Below are positions 20,350 to 29,129 of a DNA stretch of 64,000 nt, in pieces. This stretch comes from Candidatus Latescibacterota bacterium. Its GTDB lineage: Bacteria; Latescibacterota; UBA2968; GCA-2709665. The DNA lies in the NCBI GenBank assembly GCA_965205485.1, contig OZ242180.1:2624001-2688000 (forward strand). Reading direction: 5' to 3'. How positions within the stretch are numbered: position 1 is the first letter of the stretch; every line of letters begins with the position of its first letter. The notes beneath the pieces were generated by a model. The model had not been told where the DNA came from. It saw only the letters and a program-made list of their open reading frames with translations, and did not search any database. The translations under genes and the position numbers were made by a program.

Positions 20350-20466
20350 AAAAGACGAGACGACGAATGGACGAAAGACGAAACTACGAAAAACCAGAAA
20401 AAAGGCTGAAAGGCAACAGCAAAACTACGAATGACGCGAATAGACGAGACTACGAATAGACGAGAC
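20350..20466. repeat. Low-complexity ACGA-rich repeat tract between the BMC-P gene and the aldehyde dehydrogenase
   Basis: About 10 ACGA cores in about 110 bp; 14-nt direct repeat cgaatagacgagac at 20437 and 20453. Confidence 0.7.
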
Positions 20467-20516
20467 CCTAACGCCGCGCGTCAGCCTGGCAATGCCACGC
20501 TCTGAACCGTATGGGT

Positions 20517-20813
20517 TCAGGGGTGTTTACGGTACGTCGTTTCGCCTTCCATTTCCACCGAATCGACGATGGCGACGACGACCGCATCGACCGGACGGTC
20601 TTCGGTCGAGCCGGTCATCCGCGCGGAACTTCCGCTTGTGCACAGGACGACTTCATTGGCCCCTGCGCCTACGGCGTCGACCGCTACCAGGAATCGGCTT
20701 CCCAACTCCAGAGTCTGAATGTCCAGGGTTTGCACGACCTGGAGCTTGAACCCCTCGAGACCCTTGTCCTTCTGGGTGGCGACAACCGTCCCCACCACTT
20801 TACCCAGTATCAT
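20517..20813 (-). CDS. BMC-P pentamer (EutN/CcmL family)
   Basis: MILGKVVGTVVATQKD...VAVDAVGAGANEVVL..GSSAR...PVDAVVVAIVD. Confidence 0.95.
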   Translation of the reverse strand: MILGKVVGTVVATQKDKGLEGFKLQVVQTLDIQTLELGSRFLVAVDAVGAGANEVVLCTSGSSARMTGSTEDRPVDAVVVAIVDSVEMEGETTYRKHP

Positions 20814-20837
20814 TGGTAACGCTCAGCGTTTCAGAAT

Positions 20838-21119
20838 TCAGGACGATTTTCCAATGGGCAGCACGTCTTCGAGGCTGCCGTGGGGGCGCGGAATGACATG
20901 GACGGATATCAGTTCGCCGATCTTGCCGGCGGCGGCGGCGCCCGCCTCGGTGGCGGCTTTTACGGCGGCCACGTCGCCCCGGACGACAGCGGTCACGTAG
21001 CCCGCGCCGATTTTTTCCCAGTTGACCAGCTTCACATTGGCCGCTTTCACCATGGCGTCGGTCGCTTCGATCATCGCCACCAGACCTCTGGTTTCGATCA
21101 TGCCAAGGGCTTCACCCAT
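20838..21119 (-). CDS. BMC-H major shell protein (EutM/PduA-like)
   Basis: [27 protein letters not shown]...[11 protein letters not shown]...HVIPRPH; RBS aggagg before ATG 21119. Confidence 0.96.
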   Translation of the reverse strand: MGEALGMIETRGLVAMIEATDAMVKAANVKLVNWEKIGAGYVTAVVRGDVAAVKAATEAGAAAAGKIGELISVHVIPRPHGSLEDVLPIGKSS

Positions 21120-21176
21120 GTCGCGATTCCTCCTGTTGAGAGTGTTTGACCCAATCCAGGCGGGTATAGCGCCCAC

Positions 21177-22589
21177 CTATTTTTTTCTGTAGACGACCAG
21201 CCTGTAGGGACGCGGGCCGTCGAAGGTCCTGATACATTCGTAGGATTCCCGGAACCACGGCGCGGACGCGATCGGGCCTTCAAGAGGAGCCCAAAGTGGA
21301 TCGTGCAAGAGCATGAAATCCGGCCTGTAAGTCCGGATGGGCCAGGAAACGTCGCCGGCCGCCATGTGTGGGCCGACCGTGGGGGTGATCAGACCGCAGA
21401 CGTCCACAATATAGCGGTCGCTGTAAAAGCCCACGATGCCAATTTCGACCATTCCAACGGAAGCATTCGCCGGAGTATTTTCTGCGAGCCAGTCACCGGC
21501 CGTCCTGTAGATGCGGTAACGCGGCTGGGGCTCCCGGCCCAACAGATTGGCGGTCGGGGTCAGCAGGGCAATCAGCAGCGGGATACACAACAGCGCGCAT
21601 ATCCGGATTTCATGGCGCTGCCAGCCGGACCACTCGCGCGCGACCCGGCCGGCCAGCGAGGCCGTACCCAGAGCGGTCAGTATCATCAGGAGTGGTACCA
21701 GACCGGCATAATAGTTATAGGCCGCCGGAACCCCCATCGCCCAGTACCCTAGAAAGATGAGTAACGGCCAGCCCGCAATGAGCAGAACGCGCCTGTCCAG
21801 ACGAAATATCCTGATGACGCCCAGGAGCGCCGGCAGCGCAAACCACACCAAAAATGGCGACGACTCGAGGTAGCGCCGGCCCGTGTAGAGGACGCCGTGC
21901 CACAGCGATCGCCAGAGCCCGCTTGCGCCCATGGCCCGCTTTGCTTCGAGCGTATTGGGAAAGGGCGATCCGAACGTCCACGCCGCGTAGATCGACCACG
22001 CGCCAACAACAACAGCGAAGACGAGGAGCGGCCGCCAGGCCGCTCGCCGGTGAATCCACAGGTGGTGGCCCAGGATGAGTCCGGCAGGTACGAGTCCATC
22101 GCCGCGGGTGAACGTGCCAAGCGCAAGCAGCAGCGCCGCAAGGCTCGGGCGGCCGGAAAAATAGGCCGCGTAGGCGCCGAATATCAGCGCCTGAAACAGA
22201 ATCAGCTCAAAGCCGAGTACGTCGCCAAGATAGGGATTCAGAACCACGAGAAACGCGGCAACGAAACCGGCCCTGCTTTCATTGAAGTCTGCCAGGATGC
22301 GGCCGATCAGCCATCCAAGCGCCCCCAGCGCGGCGCCGCTGAAAAGGGTGCTGACCAGTGGATAGTTTCCGGCAAAACGACCGGGAACGGAGAGGAGCAC
22401 GGCGTAAAGCGGCGCCGTGGTTCCAAGCACCCGTTCGCCTTCGTTATAGATGAAGCCGCGCCCTTCCGCGAGGTTTCGTGCGTATCGGTACGTGATATAC
22501 GGATCGTCCATCTGCACCCGGTGATAACAGGCAACCGCCGGAGGCGTCAGCAGAACCACCAGGATGAAGATACGCGCGCTGGTCGACAT
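21177..22589 (-). CDS. Multi-pass GT-C-type membrane glycosyltransferase-like protein
   Basis: MDDPYITYRYARNLAEGRGFIYNEGERVLGTT and TRGDG motifs; about 11 TM segments; C-terminal EIGIVGFYS...VDVCGLI. Confidence 0.75.
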   Translation of the reverse strand: MSTSARIFILVVLLTPPAVACYHRVQMDDPYITYRYARNLAEGRGFIYNEGERVLGTTAPLYAVLLSVPGRFAGNYPLVSTLFSGAALGALGWLIGRILADFNESRAGFVAAFLVVLNPYLGDVLGFELILFQALIFGAYAAYFSGRPSLAALLLALGTFTRGDGLVPAGLILGHHLWIHRRAAWRPLLVFAVVVGAWSIYAAWTFGSPFPNTLEAKRAMGASGLWRSLWHGVLYTGRRYLESSPFLVWFALPALLGVIRIFRLDRRVLLIAGWPLLIFLGYWAMGVPAAYNYYAGLVPLLMILTALGTASLAGRVAREWSGWQRHEIRICALLCIPLLIALLTPTANLLGREPQPRYRIYRTAGDWLAENTPANASVGMVEIGIVGFYSDRYIVDVCGLITPTVGPHMAAGDVSWPIRTYRPDFMLLHDPLWAPLEGPIASAPWFRESYECIRTFDGPRPYRLVVYRKK

Positions 22590-22617
22590 TGGTGAGCGAA
22601 AGAGTACAGCTTCTCAG

Positions 22618-22806
22618 GAAGCCGTTTTAAAATTACCGGTGAGTTCCCGAGCACGAGCGAAAAAGTGGCGGTCAAGGCGGGAAAGCCCGCCCATATACTA
22701 ATGTATCGTGGCTGCGCGCCCCTCGCCACTCTTGGGTGGGTTTGACCAACGCCGACCGGCGCTTTTGCAGCCGTGCGAAGACCGCAGGGGATTTTAAGAC
22801 GGCTTC
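22618..22806. mobile_element. MITE family A, copy 3 (189 bp)
   Basis: TIRs gaagccgttttaaaatt / attttaagacggcttc; abuts the pduL stop codon. Confidence 0.9.
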
Positions 22807-23523
22807 TTACGACTCGATGAATGCCCTCCCTCCGCAAACGAGGTCTGCCGCGTTGGCGTCGTCGGTGTCCAGGTGGAGTTCGGGCAGATAGCCGGGGTCG
22901 ATTTTCAGCCTGACATTTTCGAAGGTGAGACCCTTTTCACCGCGGATATGAGCACGAACGGCACCACGCCCCGTGAGGCCCATTTCCGCAACGTCGACGG
23001 GGCGGAGATGGAGGTGCCGCACGGCGCGGATGGCGGCAGGAACGGTAAGGGACCCCTTCGGACCCACAAAAGTGACCCGCTGGGCGCCATGAAGGTCGCC
23101 GGAGTCCCGCACGGGAGGATCGAGACCGAGAAAGATGGCGTCCGTACGGGCCAGTTCGACCTGGTTATAGTCCCGGGCGGGTCCCAGAATCCGGACGCGC
23201 TCGATGGCGCGCAGCCTGGGCCCGATCACGGAGACGCATTCTTCCGCCGCGTACGCGCCGGGCTGAAAGAGTTCCCTGTAAGGCGTGAGTTCCGATCCGG
23301 CCCCGAAGAGGATATCCATCGCTTCGCGGTTCAGGTGACAGTGCCTTGCGGAGACACCCACCGGAACTTCGAGGAGGCCGTCTTTTCCGTTCCGAATCCT
23401 CCCGATGACTTCACGGACGATGTGGGCGATATCCGGCGAGCCGTTGCCGGGCGCGGCTTCCCGCCCTCGTTCGCACAGCTTGCAGTCCGCGCATTCGGAA
23501 GCAGGTTTGAAAGTATCTACCAT
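22807..23523 (-). CDS. pduL: PduL-type phosphotransacylase with N-terminal CxxCxxC motif and encapsulation peptide
   Basis: VPVGVSARHCHL, LFQPGAYAAEE, RILGP, PVRDSGDL, RHLHL and LHLDTDDANA motifs. Start set at MVDTF (23523) because a promoter lies inside the longer ORF. Confidence 0.9.
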   Translation of the reverse strand: MVDTFKPASECADCKLCERGREAAPGNGSPDIAHIVREVIGRIRNGKDGLLEVPVGVSARHCHLNREAMDILFGAGSELTPYRELFQPGAYAAEECVSVIGPRLRAIERVRILGPARDYNQVELARTDAIFLGLDPPVRDSGDLHGAQRVTFVGPKGSLTVPAAIRAVRHLHLRPVDVAEMGLTGRGAVRAHIRGEKGLTFENVRLKIDPGYLPELHLDTDDANAADLVCGGRAFIES

Positions 23524-23652
23524 CGGGACGCGTCGCGCAATCGTGTTCGGCCTCGGACGTGGCTTGCAGAATGGCGACTCGTTTCCGGGGCAGGACGCGA
23601 ATTGGGCGTTTGCTGGACCGAAATCAGGTGTGAATCCGGATTCAAGACGCGA

Positions 23653-23681
23653 ATAATAGCAGGTTGAATACGTAAAGTCAA
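23653..23681 (-). promoter_or_regulatory. Sigma70-type promoter of the BMC operon
   Basis: Minus strand TTGACT, 17 nt spacer, TATTAT with an extended -10 TGn. Confidence 0.7.
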
Positions 23682-23728
23682 GGGATTTCGGGGAGACGTG
23701 CGGCAGCCTGATCGCGGGGGCCGTTCGC

Positions 23729-23756
23729 TTGACAATTCGCGGTGTTATGGTATAAT
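23729..23756 (+). promoter_or_regulatory. Consensus sigma70 promoter of the surface-glycan operon
   Basis: TTGACA (23729-23734), 16 nt spacer, TATAAT (23751-23756) with an extended -10 TGn. Confidence 0.8.
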
Positions 23757-23908
23757 TGGGCGGACTTTCGCCCGGCGCGGAGAATTGGAATGCAGGAGTT
23801 TCCCCGTCGGTCCGGGCGTGGTGGTTGGCGCGCCCGACGGCGCGGCTGCGTTGACGGTACTGAAAGGTCGGTTTTCCACGGAGTTCTGCTTTCTCCGGAT
23901 AAGACGTC

Positions 23909-25597
23909 GTGAGATCCGCATTCCTGTTGCTGGCTGTTCTGTCCCTGTCCCGGATCGTCCACGCGGGTGACAATACCCCGGACGTACCACTTACCCATAC
24001 GGTATATCGTTCGCTCGACCGGTACGACGTCCGGGGCTGGCTGGACTCGGCAGCGCCGCAGACCAGGCCCTACACCCGACTGGAGGTCGCACGGCTTCTG
24101 ATTCAGGTCCTGCAAAGTGGCGATGCGCAGGCGGCCATGTCGGGCACGGAGTGGGCGATTCTCCATAGACATCTGGCCTCGTTCCGCGGGGAGGCCGCGC
24201 GGTTGGGCCATACCCGGCCGGTCGCCGAAACCGGCGGTTTCGAGCAGTTGGCGGACGCACTCTATTCATGGGGGGATACGTCTGCGTCGGTCGCCGTCGA
24301 TGCGCTCTTCCGGCAGCGGTTGATTCTGCTGGGGGGCGAGGTCAGGGAGCGGGAAACGGTTTCCCAAACGCACATCGGCGCGATTGTCCGCGGCACGCTG
24401 GGCGACCGAATCGGTTTTCGCGCGCGGCACTACGAGGCCAGGGAATGGAGTACCCTCGCCCGTCGGGCCAGAGCGGACATACTTGCCCGGCCCATCGAAC
24501 TGGCACAGTTCAAGGGAAACGCGGCCGACTTTCGTGAAGCGACCTGGCAATTGGCGTGGGCAACGCGCTGGTTCGCCGCGGATGCGGCAAAAAGCAGCCT
24601 GGACTGGGGCCCCGGCAGGAGCGGCAACCTGCTCATGACGCCATTCGCGCCGACTTTCGGGATGGCTCGATTCCGGTCGGCGTACGGGCGGGTGCGCTTC
24701 ATCCACATTCTCGGATTCCTGGAAGCCGATTCGGGTCTTATCGACCCTTCGCGCACGCGGTTCGACAACGGCCACCGCCGAACGTTCCTACGTTCCAAGG
24801 CGATTGCCGCCCATCGCGTGGAGGTCGATGTATCTCCACGCGTCCGTCTGGGATTCCAGGAGGCGGTGATTTACGGAGACCGGGATTTCGAGTTTCTGTA
24901 CGCGTCTCCCGTTTCGGTTCTGACGGCCGCACAGATGTCGGTGGGGGACAGGGACAACCTGGCTGTCGGGCTGGATGTCTCCCTTCGCCCGGCCAGACGA
25001 ATTCAGACCTACCTGGCGTTGTTCATGGATGATTTGAGGAAGTTCAGTCCCGGCGATTTTTCCAACAAGCTCGCGGCGCAGGCGGGGGTGTTCTGGGTGG
25101 ATGCGTTCGGGCTGCCGGATACGGATCTTCGAGCCGAGTTCGTGCATATCGAACCGTTCGTGTATTCTCACAGGTTCAACATCAATGCGTACACGCATTT
25201 CGACGCGCTCCTGGGTTATCCCACCGGACCGAATTCGGACCGGTTCTGGGCCCGGTTGACGCACCGGTTCTCTCCCTCGGTTTCCGCGGCCCTCAGCCTG
25301 GAAAGGACGCGTCTTGGCGAGAATATCGAGAATTCGGACGGCACGCTGACGAATGTGGGGGGAGATGCGCGGCTTGGACGGCGGCCGGAGGACCCCGCGG
25401 TTCGTGAATTCCTGAGCGGTACGGTGGAGAAACGGACGCGGTTGGGTGTCGACCTGGTCCTCGAGCCGTTCTCCGATTTCGTTCTCTCCGCGACCTACAG
25501 GCTGACGCGAGGGAGCAATGTGCCCCTTGAGGGCGGAAGTCGCGGGGACGGAAGCACCCATGACTTCCGCATCACGCTCGACCTCAATTTTTACTGA
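23909..25597 (+). CDS. Capsule assembly Wzi-like outer-membrane beta-barrel protein
   Basis: Signal peptide; RPYTRLEVA, WGPGRSGNLLM, AHRVEV, QEAVIYG, DN and LGYPTGPNSD motifs; C-terminal aromatic residues (LNFY). Confidence 0.75.
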   Translation: MRSAFLLLAVLSLSRIVHAGDNTPDVPLTHTVYRSLDRYDVRGWLDSAAPQTRPYTRLEVARLLIQVLQSGDAQAAMSGTEWAILHRHLASFRGEAARLGHTRPVAETGGFEQLADALYSWGDTSASVAVDALFRQRLILLGGEVRERETVSQTHIGAIVRGTLGDRIGFRARHYEAREWSTLARRARADILARPIELAQFKGNAADFREATWQLAWATRWFAADAAKSSLDWGPGRSGNLLMTPFAPTFGMARFRSAYGRVRFIHILGFLEADSGLIDPSRTRFDNGHRRTFLRSKAIAAHRVEVDVSPRVRLGFQEAVIYGDRDFEFLYASPVSVLTAAQMSVGDRDNLAVGLDVSLRPARRIQTYLALFMDDLRKFSPGDFSNKLAAQAGVFWVDAFGLPDTDLRAEFVHIEPFVYSHRFNINAYTHFDALLGYPTGPNSDRFWARLTHRFSPSVSAALSLERTRLGENIENSDGTLTNVGGDARLGRRPEDPAVREFLSGTVEKRTRLGVDLVLEPFSDFVLSATYRLTRGSNVPLEGGSRGDGSTHDFRITLDLNFY

Positions 25598-25612
25598 ACT
25601 GAAAGGTGACCG

Positions 25613-27058
25613 ATGGCAATGGAAGCGGGCGGGTCGACCGCGCGGATGCACGGACGGTGGCTGATTCCGGCCGTATGCCTCGCGCAGCTTTCGCTGATCG
25701 CGCTGCCCGCCTGGCGCTTCGGCGAGGTGATTCCGCTAATCACCGTGAGTCTGATCGTGGTTTCCGGTATCGCCCTTTTGACCTCAGTAACATCCGCGCT
25801 CCTGTATCTCTGCTTCATCGCCTCCGTAATCTCCTCCGAGTTCTACGAAGAGCATCTCATGTTGCCGGGGAATATGCATTTCTGCGAGGCGCTGTTCCTG
25901 GTGGTATGGGGGGTGGCGTTTGTCGCCTGGCTGCAGGAACGGAATCTGAGCTGGCGGCGCACCCGGCTGGATCGTCCGATGCTGGTATTTCTCGGGCTGG
26001 TGGCGGCCTCGATAGGACTGGGTCTGTTTTACGGGCAGGACGTTCGGCAGGTGATGCGGGACGTTCGATATCCGCTTTACTACGTGCTGTTCTTCGTCGC
26101 AACGGGCTTTTTCGACCTGCGCAGGCGCGGGACGTTTCTGGCCGTGCTGGTGATTTCCGCGGCCGTCGTGGGGGTCGAGTACCTGATTGAATTCGTCCGG
26201 ACCGTCGATCTCTCGTACGCAGGCGCATTCTACCGTGTAGCAAGGCGCGAGGGGCTGCTGCTGCCGATGGGCGTTCTGGTTATTGCGGCGGCTTTCCTGT
26301 ACGACACGTCGCCGGTTCGGCGCATGGTCGGCGGTCTACTCATGGTTCCCATCGGTCTTGCGCTGGTTGTCACGATGGGACGCGCAATGTGGGGCAGCCT
26401 GCTGTTCGGTCTGTTCTGCCTGGGGGGACTGGTTCTGCTGGACCGCGGCAGGCATCGCGGGCGGCGGCTTCTGATATTGTTGATGATTCCCGTTTTGCTG
26501 CTGGGCCTGGGTTATTATTTCCAGCAGTTTACCGGCGCCGGCGTCGAGGATATGGCGGCTCACCGTCTGCGGCGTACCGTAACCGAGGGTGACCTGGAGA
26601 TCCAGGGGCGACTGCTGGCGTACGCGCTGGCGCTGGAGAAGATATGGCAGCGTCCATTACTGGGTGGAGGACACGGAACCACGATTTCATATCTGCGGGT
26701 CGACGAGTACTCCCGGCCGTATATATTTACGTCCGGAGGCGTAGACAATACCTATCTGACGATCATGATGCGCATGGGGGTTGTGGGCGTGATCGCCTTT
26801 CTCTGGATATTTGCCAGGGGACTGCGGATCGCCTACGGCTTGTTTCGCCGCTCGGACGATCCGCGGCTGAAGGGGTTTTGCGTTGCGTTTCTCGCGGTCT
26901 ACGCGGCGCTGCTGGTGTATATTGTCACCGACAATACGATGATGGGCAACCGTCTGATCTTCTGGCATGCGTGTTTTCTCGGCATTCTGGCCCGTTTGGA
27001 TGGAGAGGCGGATGAAACCCGCGGTGACGGCGGTGGTGGTGAACTGGAATTCGGGTGA
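25613..27058 (+). CDS. O-antigen ligase/polymerase (Wzy_C) family membrane protein
   Basis: About 12 TM segments; TMGRAMW, RPLLGGGHG and VDNTYLTIMMRMGVVG motifs. Confidence 0.8.
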   Translation: MAMEAGGSTARMHGRWLIPAVCLAQLSLIALPAWRFGEVIPLITVSLIVVSGIALLTSVTSALLYLCFIASVISSEFYEEHLMLPGNMHFCEALFLVVWGVAFVAWLQERNLSWRRTRLDRPMLVFLGLVAASIGLGLFYGQDVRQVMRDVRYPLYYVLFFVATGFFDLRRRGTFLAVLVISAAVVGVEYLIEFVRTVDLSYAGAFYRVARREGLLLPMGVLVIAAAFLYDTSPVRRMVGGLLMVPIGLALVVTMGRAMWGSLLFGLFCLGGLVLLDRGRHRGRRLLILLMIPVLLLGLGYYFQQFTGAGVEDMAAHRLRRTVTEGDLEIQGRLLAYALALEKIWQRPLLGGGHGTTISYLRVDEYSRPYIFTSGGVDNTYLTIMMRMGVVGVIAFLWIFARGLRIAYGLFRRSDDPRLKGFCVAFLAVYAALLVYIVTDNTMMGNRLIFWHACFLGILARLDGEADETRGDGGGGELEFG

Positions 27059-27974
27059 CGACCTCCGCAGGTGCGTCGCGAGCCTGATGGCGGTAACCGA
27101 GCGTCTGCCGCTGGACGTGGTCGTGGTGGACAACGCGTCGTCGGATGGAAGTCCTGACACGCTGGAGACCTTCGGCGACGCTGTGAGCCTGGTTGAGACG
27201 GGAGGGAACATCGGGTTCGGCAGCGGCGTCAACCGGGGGGTGCAGCGATGCACCGCTCCATATATTCTCGTCCTGAACCCGGACGTGTCGGTTTCGCCGG
27301 ATACGGTTGAACGCCTGTTGGATTTTCTTGAAGCCAATGACCGGGTCGGCGTGGTAGGGCCGCGGCTTGTCGACGAGCGAGGTCATGCGCAGCGGTCCTT
27401 CGGCAGGGCGCCCCGACTGGCTGGCGAAATCTGCCGTAAATTCCTGTTGCATCTTGTACTTCCATTTCTTAAATTCGGCTGCCGGATCTCACGCTGGCCG
27501 ACTTCGGTGGGCTGGGTGACGGGTGCCTGTTTCCTTACGCGTCGCAGCGCCTTCGGCGCGGTCGGCGGTATGGACGACGCTATATTCATGTATTATGAAG
27601 ACGTTGACCTCTGCCTCAGGCTTGGTAAGGCCGGGTGGTCCGTGGCCTATCTGCCGGAGGCTTGCGCATTCCATGCGGGAGGCGGAAGTTCAAAAAGGGC
27701 GCTCGAACGGATGCTGGTGGAGGGCGTGGCGAGTCATATCTATGTTATGAAAAAACACCTGGGAGATCACGCGGGTCGCCTTTTGGCCGCACTGACGTTT
27801 CCGGAGATGGTTTTAAGAACGCTGCTCTGGGGAGGTCTGTTTTTATTGCCCGGATTCAGGAAGGAAGCCGGACCAAGGCTCAGGGCGTACAGACGGGTTC
27901 TGGCCCGGTGCATTACAGGTCGCGGCGACTTCGGTTCCGGGTGGGGAAGTGCGGGTCCGAAGGAGATTTCATGA
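27012..27974 (+). CDS. Family 2 glycosyltransferase
   Basis: VVVNWN, VVDNASSDGS, NIGFGSGVN, LNPD, GACFL and FMYYEDVD motifs; start MKPAV with RBS ggagagg. Confidence 0.92.
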   Translation: MKPAVTAVVVNWNSGDDLRRCVASLMAVTERLPLDVVVVDNASSDGSPDTLETFGDAVSLVETGGNIGFGSGVNRGVQRCTAPYILVLNPDVSVSPDTVERLLDFLEANDRVGVVGPRLVDERGHAQRSFGRAPRLAGEICRKFLLHLVLPFLKFGCRISRWPTSVGWVTGACFLTRRSAFGAVGGMDDAIFMYYEDVDLCLRLGKAGWSVAYLPEACAFHAGGGSSKRALERMLVEGVASHIYVMKKHLGDHAGRLLAALTFPEMVLRTLLWGGLFLLPGFRKEAGPRLRAYRRVLARCITGRGDFGSGWGSAGPKEIS

Positions 27975-29086
27975 TTCCCATCTGGCGGGCCTGTTTCGAC
28001 GAAGAGGAAGTAGCGGCGGTTCGCGAGGTGATGCTGTCCGGCTGGGTAGGGGCCGGCACGAAGGCCGCGGCTTTCGAAAAACGGTTCGCCGAGTATATCG
28101 GGACGTCATATGCCGTGAGCGTAAATTCGTGCTCGTCGGCATTGCTGCTGGCGCTCCAGGTGCTGGGAGTGGAGGGTCGCGAGGTCCTGACGACCTCCAT
28201 GACCTTCGTCGCCACCAACCATGCCATTCTGCAGAACGGGGCCACGCCGGTTTTTTGCGACATCGATCCCGATACCTTGAACCTGGACCCGGATTGCGTG
28301 GCGAGGCGGATATCGGACAGAACGGCCGCGATTATGGTTGTGCATCACAGCGGCCACCCCTGCGACATGGATCCGATTCTGGAAATCGCCGCGACCCGGG
28401 ACATTCCGATTGTGGAAGATGCCGCCCACGCCTGCGGCGCCCGGTACAAAGGCCGGATGGTTGGCGGTTTGGGAAGGATCGGGTGTTTCAGCTTCCAGGC
28501 GCAGAAGAACCTGACGACCTGCGACGGGGGTATGCTCACGACAGACGATGCGCAACTGGCCGAACGACTCAAACGGCTCAGCTGGATGGGCATCCCGCAG
28601 GGCACCTGGGACCGGTTTACGGCAGGGCCGCAGCAGAAACGCTGGTTATACGAAGTGACCGAAGTAGGTCACAAGTTTTACATGAACGATCTGAATGCGG
28701 CGATCGGGTTGGTCCAGCTGGCGAGGCTGGAGTCGGCCAACGCCCAGCGTCGGGAAATCGTCCAGCAATACAACAAGGCGTTTGCCGATCTGGCGTGGCT
28801 TCGGACGCCCGGGATTGCGCCGTACGCACGCAGCGCCTTCCATGCCTACGTGCCGCGCGTGGCGGACAGGGATAATCTGGTCGCCCATCTGCACGGGCGG
28901 GACGTCGATTCCAGCGTACACTATTATCCGAACCATCTCTACCCGATCCACGAACCGTATCGTTGTGCGCTGCCGGTAACCGAGTCGGTGTGGCGCGAAC
29001 TGGTGACGCTTCCGCTCTATCCGGCCATGACGAACACGGACGTGGCTCAGGTTATCGACGCTGTCCGGAGCTTTCAACCCAGATGA
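27971..29086 (+). CDS. DegT/DnrJ/EryC1/StrS PLP-dependent sugar aminotransferase
   Basis: TFVATN, EDAAHACG and FSFQAQKNLTTCDGGM motifs; start MIPIW (RBS aaggag) overlaps the upstream stop. Confidence 0.94.
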   Translation: MIPIWRACFDEEEVAAVREVMLSGWVGAGTKAAAFEKRFAEYIGTSYAVSVNSCSSALLLALQVLGVEGREVLTTSMTFVATNHAILQNGATPVFCDIDPDTLNLDPDCVARRISDRTAAIMVVHHSGHPCDMDPILEIAATRDIPIVEDAAHACGARYKGRMVGGLGRIGCFSFQAQKNLTTCDGGMLTTDDAQLAERLKRLSWMGIPQGTWDRFTAGPQQKRWLYEVTEVGHKFYMNDLNAAIGLVQLARLESANAQRREIVQQYNKAFADLAWLRTPGIAPYARSAFHAYVPRVADRDNLVAHLHGRDVDSSVHYYPNHLYPIHEPYRCALPVTESVWRELVTLPLYPAMTNTDVAQVIDAVRSFQPR

Positions 29087-29129
29087 CGGGACGCCCGCGC
29101 TGATCCCGCTCGCAATCAGGAAGTACGAC

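Noticed and set aside
23524..23973. 150-aa N-terminal extension of PduL given in the ORF track
   Set aside because: It spans two divergent promoters and overlaps the wzi-like gene, so it is unlikely to be translated.
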